Of a DNA stretch of 64,000 nucleotides, positions 12,801-27,800 are shown one piece after another. Source of the stretch: Octopus bimaculoides (lineage: Eukaryota); NCBI RefSeq assembly GCF_001194135.2, contig NC_069000.1, positions 23,601,190-23,665,189 of the forward strand, written 5' to 3'. The position numbers and the translations under genes are program-made. Below the pieces are notes generated by a model. It did no database searches, was not told the origin of the DNA, and saw nothing but the letters and a program-made list of their open reading frames with translations. Within the stretch, counting starts at the first letter, position 1, and each line of letters starts with the position of its first letter.

Positions 12801-15800
12801 CACACTTGAGGTCAAGGTGCTGTGACTTCAGGTTTTATTCAGTTTGTTTCACCCATGTCTTCTTTGGTGTGCTGCACTGGACTCTCCAGTACAAAGCTAC
12901 ACATTGGTGAGTTTTCAATAAAATTTACCCAAGACTTTGACTGGTACCTTATTTTACTGAGAGGAACAAATGCAAAGTTCAAGTTGATGGAATTTGAACA
13001 GAAAATATTAAAAGCCTGAAGAAGATATTGACAATGAATGATTTACCTGGCTGTCACTATCATTTTAACATTAATGTTTTTTCATACAAACATGCACTGA
13101 ATGTCACCCCAATCAATTTTGCAATGTCTTATCTGTCAGCTCTAAAGCTAACATGTCTGTCCCAACCAATTTTGACATATATATATATTATGAAAAATTT
13201 CTTTTGGCCACTTTCTGTCTGGACAGAAATGACCCAGGGTATTGTAGCCATATCATTATCAGACACCAGATTTGGTAAATACAGGCAGAAAAGCTCCAGA
13301 GAAATATATACTATTTAGTATCATCACTTTACATTCTGAGTTCAAATTCTGACAAATTAACTTTGCTTATCACAAGTTGATAAAATAAAGTACCTGAGTT
13401 TGATAATGTGTGGCTTTGTACCAAAGAAATCAGCCAAAGAATGGCAGAATTGTTAAGGTGACAAACAAAATGCCATGTGATGTGTAGTTACAGACTTTTA
13501 CATTTCTATGTTCAAATCCTGCCAAAATCATCTGTCTTTCAGTTTCCTTGCATTGATAGAATTGACTATGCCATTCCCCAAAATGTGGTCTTGTGTTTAT
13601 ATAAGAAATCATTATTATTACCATTATCGTCCCTTTAAAGAATGGATCTTTAAATTTGCTTATGCCACACTGCAGATTATAACAACTGAATTCCCTTCCA
13701 GTCATTCCTTTAACCTTTTTGATGCCAATCCACCTGAAACCCTTCTAAGTCAGTTCTTATTCAGAGTCAGTATCTTCCAAGATGGGTCAAAGGACTGTAG
13801 GTTGCTTGTACATTTCATTAAAATTAAAGCAATGTAATAAATGAAAATAAAATAAATGAAATTTCAAACCTTTCTGAATGTTCAACTGTGTCAGTAATCA
13901 GAGTTTGAACAATATATTGAGAGATAACCAAAATGTTTTGTGGAGTGAAAAGTGGAAACAAAATTGGAAGGTTAGTGGTGAGAAACCACCATGTAGCCTG
14001 CTTCATTGTCCTTACAGGAATATGAGGGTGCTGAAAAGAAGAAAATTACAAAGATAGTGGTTTAAATACTAAGGAATGAATGAATGATATTTATAATAAA
14101 ATACAGGAGCCATTTAAAGTTAGAGGTTGAAAAACCAATAGGAATTATTATGAAAGGATAAGGAATTAGTATTCAACTTGTGTCAAATAGTGAATTGGTA
14201 TGGTTCTTGCAAAATCACATGGAATTTCATAACAGAATAAAGTAATGAATTATTTCTTAATTTGTGAAAATTAAAAGTGATAAACATCAGATGTATGACT
14301 GTTGATAAACATTATAACAATGAGTAAATGAGCCCTGTGGACTTTAGGAAAGAGAGAAATAAATTTTGAGATATTCACTTCACCCTTCACTTTGCATCAG
14401 AAGGTTTAACTATGAAACTAAGCTAAACTTGTTGCAAGCAGAAATTGGCTTATTTGTTATCTTTGTGCCACAGAATTACTTCAAAAGAGGTCATTGAGGC
14501 TATTCAATGAAACTAACATCTGCGTCATCATCAGCACCAACACAAAACCTTTAAGCAGAGAGTGACTTTGGCTTATTCCTCTGGACCACTCCTCCTCTTC
14601 AAGTGCCCTTAATTCACAGGCAATTTCTTTGAAGCTCCACCAGTCTTTTGCCAGGTGTTCCTATAGTTATCTTTAGTTTATTCTGATTTCATTAGGTCAT
14701 TTTTAGCCAAGTCTTTTTCAGTACTCTTTTGTGGCTAGAGATGTGGAAATAGTCTGTATGGCAACTTTGAATAAGCCATTCAATTCACATAGTCATACCA
14801 GTACAACTGATTACTGAAGCAAGTTTATCATTGCAGACAGTTAATCCACAATACTCCAAGGATTAGACATTTTGCTTGAAAGACTATCAACATATCCAAA
14901 CCATTCTACAGTAATGTTTATGATTTGGTACCATACAACAAACAATGCAGGAAATAAAAAGTTGATTCATACATAAAGATTTTGGTGATATAAAGTTTTG
15001 TTGAACAACAATTAAGAAGACCAAAAGCAAACAAGTGAGCTGCTACATGATCATTCGATTTGCTAAAAAATAGCAGCAAAATTCCCTCAAAAGAAAGGAT
15101 ATGTTTGATAATGTAATCCTACATATATCTAAAAGAATGGGATGATGACGGCTGCTATGTCTCTAATTGTAAGGTATGATCAATCAGAACTGACCTTGGA
15201 TTAAAGGACAGCAAAACAACCAAAGGTCAAGAATGCTAATGAACTTCCATTTTTGATATCCTAACATGCAGTAATTTTATTTTCTTCTATATATGATCTA
15301 TAATATTTAAACACAGTAACTTATTCTAACTAATGAGACACTGCTCTAAGAATCGTCCATAACAAGTAGTTTGTACTTATCAACATCAGCATTAAGACTA
15401 AACTACAAAGATATATTTTAGCTATTTTGTAGGACCTCCTTGGCCTTGTATTTCGTGTCAGCAAACATTGCACACAATCATCAGCAAACAGAAGACTGGT
15501 GATATAGGACTCTGACAAAATTGTAAATCTCTTTTGGAGATGTACATCTTCATTACTGCATAAATGACAATATTGAATAACAGAGTGAAATGCAGATTGT
15601 ATAATGTATGTGTATGAATAGCTGAGCTACATGGCAGTGAAACATGGGCTGTGACCACAGAAGACATGCAAAGGCTTAAAAGAAATGAAGTCAGCATGCC
15701 CTGCTGGATGGGTAATGTCAGTGTGCATATGGATGAGGAAGGCTGTATAAAGAAGTGCTGATTCTAATTCTGGGTGAACCTGTGAAAGGGATAAACCCAA

Positions 15801-18800
15801 GAAGATGTGGGGTGAGGCTTTAAGTGTGAAGCCTCACAGAGATGACAAGGAGCCGAGACTTTCCAACATCCCCCCACCCACTGCAGGCCTCTCCACTCTA
15901 TCATGTGCCTACCTGCACACTCTACATGCTCTCACATATCTACCATACCCTCTGCCAACCACTCCAATTCTTCTCATCATCACTTGCTATCTCTAAACAT
16001 CACCCACAATCTTATGGAACATCCCCCTCTATCCCTTCTACTACTTATACTCCCCCCCCACACTGTTCCCTGTGAGTAGGCCCTCTCTTTCTCACTCAGA
16101 CTGTCTCTCTATCTTTCTCTCCAACTCTCTCCCACTTTCCTCTCCTCTGTTGTCCTACTGGGGTAGCCAAATGTCTCCTCTTTAGTAAGATGGCTATTTC
16201 TGTCCCTCTAACCTTTTGCCTGGCACACAATTACTTTTCTCAGTTCCACTCCCTCTCTCAGCTGAGAGGTATTTGTCTTGCAACCTACTTTGCAACCCTA
16301 CTGATACTGGTGCCATGTAAGAGGCACCTGAGCTGGTTCCACGTAAAAAGCACTGATGCTGGTGCCACATAAAAAACACCCAGCACACTCTGTAAAGTGG
16401 TTGGCATTAGGATGAGCATGTAGAAACCAGCTGAAGAAACCATGCCAAAAGAAACAATTGGAGCCTGGCACAGCTTTCTGGCCAGCTAGCTCCTGTCAAA
16501 CTGTGCATCCCATGCCAGCATGGACGTATCATGATGATGGATGATGAGAGGTGAGAGGACACAATCTTGTATAATGCCTATTTTAACTGAAAAATAGCTC
16601 TTCAACCACAATAATTACAACATACCACAATTTTATTCTGATTTTCAACAGGGACTTCACTATTTTCCTTTGACATCAACATGTTTACGATTCCACTCAA
16701 ATCACAAATCTTTGCTTTTTTCTTTTCTGTTTCAGACTCTGGGAATACTTGTACTGCTTTAATACACTGCAATTGCAGTAAATACTGTCGAGAAAAAAAA
16801 AAATGTCATTTTTAACAACTGCAACAAAAAGTGTAATTTTCACATAAATTCATTCCTTAATGAAATGTCATTTTCCAATAAATTGAAACATTTACAAAAT
16901 GTGCACTTCTATTCTGAAAATTTGCATACAATTTATTCAATTTTAATTATAAATTCTGTTCCTTACTCCTTATTTTTGTTAAGTATGTGAATATTACAAA
17001 CTTGTTCATTTTAAAAAGGTACTTATGTTTTATCTCCATTTCATAAAAATATCCTTGCAATGTGCATCTATAAAATATTCACTGTGCTTTGTAACTATTT
17101 ATGATGTTATATAAATCATTATCCTCATCATCTGAACATCTGCTTTATTTTATGCTAGCATGGATCAGGTGGAATTCACTGACGTAGATTTTCTACAGCC
17201 AGATACCCTTTCTGTTGCTAACCTTCACCTGTTCCCATGTATGGTAATATTTTTTTTTTGGTTGGATATATGTGTGTGTGCAGGAGTAAATCAAGTTTAT
17301 GTTTATTTTTAATTTCACTATTTCTAGTTTCATTTACAAAATGTAATTCATTTTTCCTTATACTTCACCATGTTATTTTTAATGCAGCCTTATACTTAAT
17401 TTAATGTGACCATCAAATATTAAGAAAGTTCCTCATCCCTGGTCTTAAACATTACAGTATTTAGTATGAACATAACTGCAGTTATTCAAATGCTTAGGGT
17501 AGAGGCTAGACTACCTAAAAAACTGAAGTGATGATGCTCAGCTTCTCTCTGGATCAGCAGTTTGGCTTGCCAGGCTGAGAAAGGTGTTATGAGAACAGCA
17601 GTTCACTTTTCTTACCTTACAAAACTTGTCACAGGTAATTGGGAGGAGACAATTATTTGTTATTGTTAAGGTGGCAAGCTTGGCAGAATCACTGGCATGC
17701 TGGATGAAATGCTTAGTGGTACTTCGCCCATCGCTACGTTCTGAGTTCAAATTCTGCCAAGATCGACTTTGCCTTTCATCCATTCAGGGTCGATAAATTA
17801 AGTACCAGTGAAACACTGGGACGATGTAATCGATTAGTCCCCTCCCCCAAAATTTCAAGCCTTGTGCCTATAGTAGAAAGGATTATTGTTGTTGAGTGTG
17901 GTAAGCTGGTAGAGTTGGAAATACCTTGTGGTATTTTATTCAATATTTTATGTTCTGAGTTCAATTCCACCAGAGTCTACTTTACTTTTCATCTCCCCAG
18001 AGTCAATAAAATAAAGTACCAGACATGTACTGGACTTGATAGTATCAACTAAATCCCTTGCCACAAAATTACTGGCCTTAGATCAATTGTTGTTATTGCT
18101 GAAGGCAGTGAACTGGCATAATTGTTAAAATGTAGAAAAAAACGCCTTGTTTGTCCCAGCTCTTTAAAACCCACATTGGGTTCAATTTTGCTTTTTATTC
18201 CCCTGGGATCAAGAAAAAAAGAAAAGAAATAACCAGTCAAGTGCAGGGGTATCAACTGACTTATCCCTTTTCCTCAAATTGTTAATCTTGAGCCCAAATC
18301 AGAAACTATTATTATTATTATCAGAGTTGATTGCAGACACAGCATGAAGAACTTATTGTTTACACAACACTACTGACCTATAATTTAAAAACATGAATTA
18401 AATAATAAAACTAATGATCCATTAATTTTAATAGGCATCATCTGGTGGTAATGAGGAGGTAACTTACACAAACAACAGATCCATTTCCCCCAGACTTAAA
18501 AATCTTCTTCCGGATTGATGCAGATAGAAAGTTGAAGGTGGACAGGTCGAAAAGAAATTCCTCTTGGCCTGGTGGTGTGTAATAAGCTAATATGAATGCT
18601 ATCTCCCACCATTTATAGATCAGTAGCAGGGTTGCTTCCAAAAGATGTGGATCACAATTAGGCTGAAAAATAGGTATTGCAGGCAAGATTGTAGAGTAAA
18701 ATAACAGATCAATGAATCAACCAATTGAAATAGATAAATTTATAAAATGTCATGCAATGTATCAAGTTACATGATACTGGGATTCAGATGGAGATGAGTT

Positions 18801-21800
18801 AAGAAAAACCTATCAACAAACAGCAATCAACCACTTAGTACAATATAAGCCAAGGTTTATTTGATCTGCTAGAAATAGCAGCCAAATTTCCCTCAAACCA
18901 CACCCTACTGTCTCTGGAAAAGAAGGACATATTAGATAACATAATTCTGGATTATACACTGTGTGAATAAAGATTGGATGGTGTTGGGTGATACTTTTGT
19001 TAATAAATCTGCTAAGGGATTAATCCTTTATCATTCAGGTTACTCTGTCAAATGTAATGCTTATTTATTCATATTGTTTTGAATTATTCATATTGTTTTG
19101 AATTATTCATGCCTTATCTCATAGTTTTGAGATTTTGATGATGCAATTGCTTATTTTTAGCATGACATTATACAGAAGATGTGAGAGGCTGGATCTAGCC
19201 AGTTTGAACATAAAACAGGTAGAATCTGTAAGCCTGATAGAGCCAACTTAAATGCTGAAGTGTTAAACAGCAACAAAAACAAAAAGGTTAACAAAAGCAA
19301 CTTTACCTTACTAAGGTATAAGTATATTGAAGGGACCACAATTGATACCTTCATTCTGGTCTGCAAATTCTGCATTGCCAATGTATTTTTGGCAGTCACT
19401 GACGGCCCAACTATAACAACATCACCCAGAAAGTTCAGCAGCAAACCAATTATACAAGAACACACATGTTTCTGGTTGGAAATGGAGTCATCACCTGGTT
19501 GAACAAGGAAGAAATATTAATCAGAAAATAATAAAAATACAGCAAGAGAGGTTAAGATGCTAGATTTTTGTTTCTTCACATAACTTAGGCAATCCTCTTG
19601 TTCGATAGTTATTGCTGTTTTCTCAGACATTAAGAGGAGGAGAAGCAAATCTCAGACTGGCCAGAATGCCAAGCTATCCCAAGCATGTTTTTCCTATAAT
19701 AGAGATCAATTTAGTTGTGCAACGCAGATCAACAAACAACTTACCAATTCTACAATACAGCTGTTGCTCAGTTACAATTTATGTTATGTAAGTTATATCT
19801 CTCTGCAGTGTTGGCTGGGTGAACTTAAATGTTGAAAGTTAAAGGCCATGGAAGCAATGCAGGGCCAGAATATAAAATACAGAATTCCCTTAAATTTAGA
19901 TGTTCTTGCTCTTGTCAAAATGCTTACATTACTAATATTATTAAGTAGAGTGGTAAATCAACCTGCTAGTCAAATCTCTCTCAAATCCCTCTCTGCCATC
20001 TTACATTAGATAACGTAGTCCAACAACATAACCCTAAAAAGATGGGAAGGCCATGGCTGGAATGCCTTTCATCAAAGCTGACCTGGGTTAATCAACAAAA
20101 ATATCATCATCATCATTGTTTAACATCCATCTTCCATGCATACATGGATAGGACAGTTGACAGGAACCAGCCAGGTAGAACTATCCTACCCATGCATAAA
20201 ATCTTGTTGCAGCCCTTGTGCTGAAGCACTGAGGAAAGCATGTAATATTATTTGCCTCAGCCTGTGTAGCTGCAAAGTCAAGTGATTAGCAGACACAAGA
20301 ACCAAACACTTTTAGCTGTAATAATACTTATTCCAAAAATTTTAACAAACACACCTAAATTTCTAGAAATATCTACTCACAGTTTAAATGTAAAAGATTG
20401 CAATAAAAATGAATGAGGCATACAAAGCAGCCATTGTAAAGTTTGAACTCATGACTTCATTGTCAATGATCCAGCATCTTAACCATACAGCCATTATACA
20501 ACTCTTACAAATGGTTACATTTTTCAATAAACTTAAATTAGTATTTTCCTAGTAACTTATGTTAGCTTTAAATGTCACCTTCATCATCTTTAAGCATTGG
20601 AGATAATTCCTTTTCAATTGCAGTCAGCAGCATCTCCCATATTTGTAAAGCAACAGTTTGGGGTAACACTTGCACAATATTCTGGAATCTATGAAAAGAA
20701 AACAAGAACAACAGACTATTGATAGATAACATGATTAAGAATAGTAAGTAAAAAAAAGCAGTAAGCTGACAAAATCATCAACATGTTAGGCAAAATGTTT
20801 AGAGGCACTTCATCTATCTTTACATTCTAAGTTCAAATTCTGCTGAGAGCTACTCTGCCTTTCACCCTGTCAGGGTCAGGAAAACAAGTACCAGTTAAAC
20901 ACTGGGATTAATGTTATTGACTTACTCCTACTCCCAAAATTGCTGGCCTTGTGCCAAAATTTGAAATCGGGATTAACTGACACTCCATCAGTTACAAGGG
21001 CTCCAGTTGATTCAATCAACAGAAAAGCCAGCTCGTGAAATTTACATGCAAGTGGCTGATCACTCCACAGACACACATACTCTTAATATAGTTCTCAGGG
21101 AGATTTAGTGTGACACAGAGTGTGACAAGGCTGGCCCTTTGAAATACAGGTGCAGCTCATTTTTGCCAATTGAGTGGACTGGAGAAATGTGAAATAAAAC
21201 GTCTTGCTCAAAGACACAATGTGCTGCCAGGAATCAAACTCACCTAACCTAACAATTGTGAGCTGAATACACAAACCACTAAGTCAAGTACCTTCACTTA
21301 AATCATGATTAAGAATAATAAGAATAGTTAAATGTAAAATATGGTAGTAACTCTTATAGTTTTTCCAGCAACCACTGACTCAGAAATTGATAACAAATTG
21401 AAAATAAGGAATTACTCAAATAGTATTCACTTAGCTTGAAAAATTGCTGTCTTCCAAACGTACAAGCTTGTCGTTTCAGGTGCCAGTGCCACTTAAAAAG
21501 CACCCGTACTGGTGCTGCATAAATGCACCTGTGACACATTAAAAGCACCCAGCACACTTTGCTAAGTGGTTGGTAACAGGAAGGGCATCCAGCTGTAGAA
21601 ACCGTATCACAACAGACAGTTGGAGTTCAGACAACTCCCTATATGATACTAAAATATAACGTTTTGAGGCAACTTTGTTGCATTGATTTGTTTCTATAGT
21701 GCAAACTCGTTGCCAACAACACTAAAGAATTGCATTAATTCTACATAGCAACCATTATAAAAGGGTGCAACTGAAACAGTCAAATGAATATGGTATTGGA

Positions 21801-24800
21801 ATATCAAATCAGAGTTTGAAAACTTAAAGCAATTTAAATACATTTTGGTAATGTATTTTCAGTACACAAAATGTTACATTACTTAGCCCCAATAACTATT
21901 GGAAATTGGTATTTGAATTATCTGGGAATGTTACTTGAGTTAGCTCATTTGGGTTTGGGAAACTTTTACATCTTATTTGTATTATGCAATGCTGCAAACT
22001 GGTGTTAACTGAAAAATGTTTTGGTACTATTTTAGCCCTGTATCCATCACATACAACTACTGAAAGTTGTGGATATGTCAAAGAGAATTATGGAATGATA
22101 AATAACACACAGTGCACTTACTTGACAGAAAATCGCTGAGACCACTTGCAGTTATATTCTACCGAGGATGCAATGACAGATGCAATTAACTTCTCAAACA
22201 GGAATGGCATCTGTCGTAATTTGCTGTATACTTCTAAAATACTTTCTAGCAGACCATCAACTTGCTCAATTGTGGACTCATCACTTTCTGATAATACAGA
22301 CCAGCATAAAGATAAGATATGATCCAAATATTCTTTACTGATATCTGGATTAAGTAAAATCAAAGACTTCAAGCACAAAAACCATGAATCTGTTTTCCTG
22401 TAATAAAAAAGACAAAGATACAAAAGATATAATGACATATAATCATAAAATATATTTCACATTATTTCAAAGAAACAATGACTATGAAGATGAGATGCTG
22501 AACTAATAATCTGAAGATTATGTGTTCAAGCTTTATGACTACAGTCATAATGATGTGCATCCAAACAAAACAGAATTTGCTGGTCAATGTACAAGGCAGT
22601 GAACAACCATTAGAGCAGTCCAAGGTTCATATCCTGTTCTTGGCATTGTACTGTTCAAGTCCGGAGACTCAACTTTTAAATGGAGCAATCCACCAAGCAG
22701 TAAACATGCACCGCACAATAGGAATAACAGGTTTGAAACAACATTAACAGCACTGTTGATTTAGCAAGTGATTTGTTAGCTTTCAAGACCAAGTTCAATT
22801 CATTATATGAGAAAGTTTATCCAGAATAGACTGAAGGGAATTTTGCTCCTTATTTACTTAATGTTAAAAATCTGGAGAACAAACACCGGACAATATAGAA
22901 CATTGAGACTTTAAATTTTCGCTGATCAAAATAAATTAACTCACGTTACACCACTTTGTCAGTGACAAACAGGTGTCAATTCCCAGTTTTTAGCTGTAGA
23001 AAAATCCTCAAGCTGTAAAAACAAATGCTCCAATAAAAACTATTCCCAGTTACCTACATAGTATTAATCCTTTCTACTATAGGCACAAGGCCTGAAATTT
23101 GGGGGAGTAGGATGGTCAATTACATTGGCCCCAGTGCTCAACTGAAAATTATTATAGTGACTCTGAAAGAATGAATGGCAAAATCAACCATAGCAGAATT
23201 TGAACTCAGAACATAAAGACATGAAATACTGCTAAGCATCTTGTCCGACATGGTAACAATTCTACTAGTTTGCCACCTCATCCAAGTAATATTAATAATA
23301 AACGTTGTGATACCTCCTGGAATCATTGAACCAAATTCTGACAATGATTTCATCTGGTCACAGATTCAAGGATACCATGCTCAAAAATAAGGTTTAATTA
23401 AAATAATAAAATGTTTTCTGTGAGTGTGTAAATGTGTATGTTTGTGCAAAGAGAAAGAAATAAAGAGAGATCAGTTTTTACTAATTTCTTATCCATTTAT
23501 ATAATAATGGCAAAATGGTAGACAACTGAATACACAACCATGAATTCAAACCTAACTACATTCTGCCAGGCTAATAACTAGTTCCATACTCACTTCATCC
23601 ATAATTAACAGAAGTGAAACATGAGCCGTGACTGCGGAGGACATGCGTAGGCTCAAAAGAAATAAAGCTAGCATGATACGCTGGATGTGTAATGTCAGTG
23701 TGCACACACAACAGAGTGTAAGCACCCTGAGAGAAATGTTGAACATTAGAAGCATCGGAAGTGGCATGCAAGAGAGACGTTTGCGCTGGTATGGTCATAT
23801 ACTATGGATGGATGAGGAGAGCTGTGTGAAGAAGTGCCACTCCCAAACAGTTGAAGGAATCCTGGGTAGAGGTAGACCCAGGAAGACATGGGATGAGGTG
23901 GTGAAGCATGACCTTTGAATGATGGGCCTCACAGAGGCAATGACGAAAGACCAAGACCTCTGGAGATATGCTGTGACTGCAAAGACCTGGCAAATAAAGT
24001 AAGTTCATGGCTGTATCCTACACCAGTTTCGCATAACCAGCCCCAGCCCATTCAAAAGTACCTTGGATTGTAGGGTGACCTGCTGTGCTTGAGGAGACCT
24101 ATTGAGTCAAGTACATCAACATCAAAATGAAAATCAAATGGAAATTGTAGTTGTGATACCCATGCCGGTGGTATGTAAAAAGCACCAACCAACAGTGGCC
24201 GTTGCCAGCCTCCTCTGGCCCATGTGCCAGTGGCACGTAAAAAGCACCTACTACACTCACGGAGTGGTTGGCGTTAGGAAGGGCATCCAGCTGTAGGAAA
24301 ACTGCCAGATCAGACTGGAGCCTGGTGCAGCCTCTTAGCTTCCCAAACCCTGGTCGAACTGTCCAACCCATGCTAGCATGGAAAACAGACGTTAAACGAT
24401 GATGGTGATGAAGATGATCATCATAACCACCCACACAAATTAGAAGAATTAAATATAAAAGATGAAAGACAATAAGCGAAAAAAAAACAACAAAAAAGTG
24501 TTTGAACAAAAAAAAAAAAACTGACCTTTCAGCTGTGAAAAGAATTTGAGGGAGTTGTTTGGAGTACATGAACCAAAATTTCTTTTCATTATCATCATCT
24601 GCATTCAAATTGTAAATATTCATGTTGCTGATGCTATCCAATAACTGCCCCATAATTTCTATAGCCTTGTTTTCTTCAACAGCACCATGGAACTTGCCTT
24701 GTTCCAAATCAAACCCAAGTAACTTACTGATGTTGTCCAACATTATCTCAATCAACACAGAGCTTTCCCTATATATAGAGACAAAATAAAACAATTTGCT

Positions 24801-27800
24801 TTACAAACCAACAATTTCATGTATTACACCATGACTGCAATAGTTTTTCCAAAAACAGGCTTATAAAGAGAGATTATTGCAGAGAGTTGCATAGTAGTGA
24901 ATTATAGAGAATTTGACAAATGCATTATTTAGAAATAGTGTACAAGTGGTAGTCAATATCATCCATAACTGTTTGTCCTTGAACCCCTTCTCTGTAATTT
25001 ACAGATGCCCTTACTGTTACCAAATCCCACCTATTTCCAAGCATGGTAATATTTCTCCATGCCCAATCATGTTCTTGTAAAACATTAACAATAAAGGGCA
25101 CTACTTGTATGATAGTGACAATCATTTTACAACCCTCACACAATGTTAAAACAAAAAGACACAAACATACATACACATATATGGGGGTTGGACAAAATAA
25201 TGGAAACACCTTAAAATTTCAAACAAATTTATTTTAATATGGGGTAGGACCGCCTTTGGCAATAATTACAGCTTGAATTCTACAAGGTATGGACTCATAC
25301 AAAGTTTGAATTGTTTCCAAGGGAATTTTTGTCTATTCTTCACCTAAAACAGTCTCCAGTTCAGTTCTTGTGGTGATGATGATGGAGGATATCAACTCCT
25401 TACTTGTTTTTCTAAAATGCACCATAAATGTTCAATAATATTGAGATCTAGGGATTATGGTGGCCAGATAAGATAAGAATATTCCTCATGCCATTCAGTA
25501 ACAACTTTAGTTGTGTGAATTGGTGCATTATCATCCTGAAAGATTACGTTTTCCTTCGGAAATAGTTCCACAACCATAGGATGAATTTGATCAGATAAAA
25601 TGCTTANNNNNNNNNNNNNNNNNNNNNNNNNNNNNNNNNNNNNNNNNNNNNNNNNNNNNNNNNNNNNNNNNNNNNNNNNNNNNNNNNNNNNNNNNNNNNN
25701 NNNNNNNNNNNNNNNNNNNNNNNNNNNNNNNNNNNNNNNNNNNNNNNNNNNNNNNNNNNNNNNNNNNNNNNNNNNNNNNNNNNNNNNNNNNNNNNNNNNN
25801 NNNNNNNNNNNNNNNNNNNNNNNNNNNNNNNNNNNNNNNNNNNNNNNNNNNNNNNNNNNNNNNNNNNNNNNNNNNNNNNNNNNNNNNNNNNNNNNNNNNN
25901 NNNNNNNNNNNNNNNNNNNNNNNNNNNNNNNNNNNNNNNNNNNNNNNNNNNNNNNNNNNNNNNNNNNNNNNNNNNNNNNNNNNNNNNNNNNNNNNNNNNN
26001 NNNNNNNNNNNNNNNNNNNNNNNNNNNNNNNNNNNNNNNNNNNNNNNNNNNNNNNNNNNNNNNNNNNNNNNNNNNNNNNNNNNNNNNNNNNNNNNNNNNN
26101 NNNNNNNNNNNNNNNNNNNNNNNNNNNGGTTTTTCCCTCTTTTTCAAAGGCTGTCATTATTTTTGAGACAGTACTTCTTGATACACCAAACATTTCAGCT
26201 GTTTTCGTTACGCTAGCGCCTGCCATACGAGCACCAGCAATTTGACCTCTTTGAAAGTCTAATAGATCTGTCATTTTAATGAATTTTAATTACCTTTCTC
26301 TAATGATATCTGAAAAGAAGCAGCAATTTTAGCAAAACATATTAAGCAACATTTATAATAAATCAAAAACATAAAAACAAGCTTTTGATGGTTTTATAGA
26401 TATTTCAAAATTATGATGCTATGATGCTAGGTGCTTCCATTATTTTGTCCAACCCCTGTATATGCCAGGAATGCATTTAATATATTCTACCTAAGTTAAG
26501 AAATGGTGATATGAGTGAAAATTTTGTAAATGTAAGTTTTCACTGTATAAATTGACAATAGGAAATAGTCATATATTTCCCATGTTGGAAAAAAATAGGT
26601 ATTAGTACACCTGGGAATCAAACCCACACCTCTTATAATAATCCTAGGGCTATGATAGAAGACACCTGTTCAAGGTTTTATGCAGTGGGACTGAACACAG
26701 AACCATGTAGTGAGGAAGCAAACTTCTTAACATGCTGCCATGTCTGTGTCTCCGAGAAATATTAAGACAAATATTAATAACATTAAACTTAATCTTGGAG
26801 GGAGTGAGGAGTAGCCCTGCTTCTTGAGACTTATTTGAAAAAAAAAACAAAATCCACAAGACATAATATTTTTATTAAATGTCCTTTCTTTGTGTTATTT
26901 ATTATTTTTATCATCAAAATGTTTTCTTATCTAATCTGAATCAGTAATTTTGTTATTTCCAGTTAGAAGATACTTCCCATCACATCACTAATAACTAGGG
27001 AAAAGCATGACCAATACAACATCTCATCTCATTTCCACAAATGACATGTTTTATTTAATTCATATTCTTTAATGATATTTCTAATGAAATACACAATGTA
27101 GTATTTTAATTAATTTTGAAAATAACCACATCAGCTCACAACACTTGAGAAAGCAGTAGTTTTAATGCTTAAACTAGATTACCAACATAATTTGAAGAAA
27201 ACAAAAAACCAAGCTAAGTAACATTATTCTTTATCAATCTATATAGATTGTGAGCATTATAAAATAATAACCAATTCATTTAATTCTTTTGATACTAAAG
27301 TATCAGAGACTACTTCTGTAGGATATGTATAAATGAAAAAGTATATATATTCTCTTTGATATCTACTAAAACACATTGCTGCAAGATTCAGATATAAAAG
27401 TGTCTTGCATTAAGTTTGGTATCATTTTCAATGCTTTTGGTTCAGGCTCTATCTCCCACACAAATACATAAAAGATTTGTAGATAATGTCAAATAAAGAA
27501 CTCACGTCTCTCCTTCAATAAATAAAGCAAAAAGTTTTGGTAAATAATCCAAGACAGCAGCCCTGAAATCAACTGCTAATGCTTCATTGTCCTGAATATC
27601 AAGGAAATATAACAAACAGAAGATAAGCACAATATTTTCCATCAAATGAATGAATTTAAAAATAAACTTGCTTAAAAACTTGTTAAGAACTATTCATATT
27701 TTCAGTTTAGCTTTGTCAAGATAGAGGCTCTGTAAATTTAAAGAAACCTTTTCTAGACTGTTGGAACAAATTATGGCCTTTGTAAAGCCAGTGTAGTAGC

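Noticed and set aside
14800-14960. PALFVVWYQIIN... resembling a URB2 segment
   Set aside because: No AG acceptor after the upstream stop, and the true match is exon 15.
15330-15570. Open frame NEDVHLQKRF... with an acceptor, as a possible URB2 exon
   Set aside because: Its phase does not fit between exons 14 and 15, there is no good donor, and the gene model is continuous without it.
17528-17580. Box C/D-like GTGATGA...CTGA (possible intronic snoRNA)
   Set aside because: Antisense to the host gene, too short, and no terminal stem or recognisable rRNA guide. No convincing snoRNA was seen in URB2 introns.
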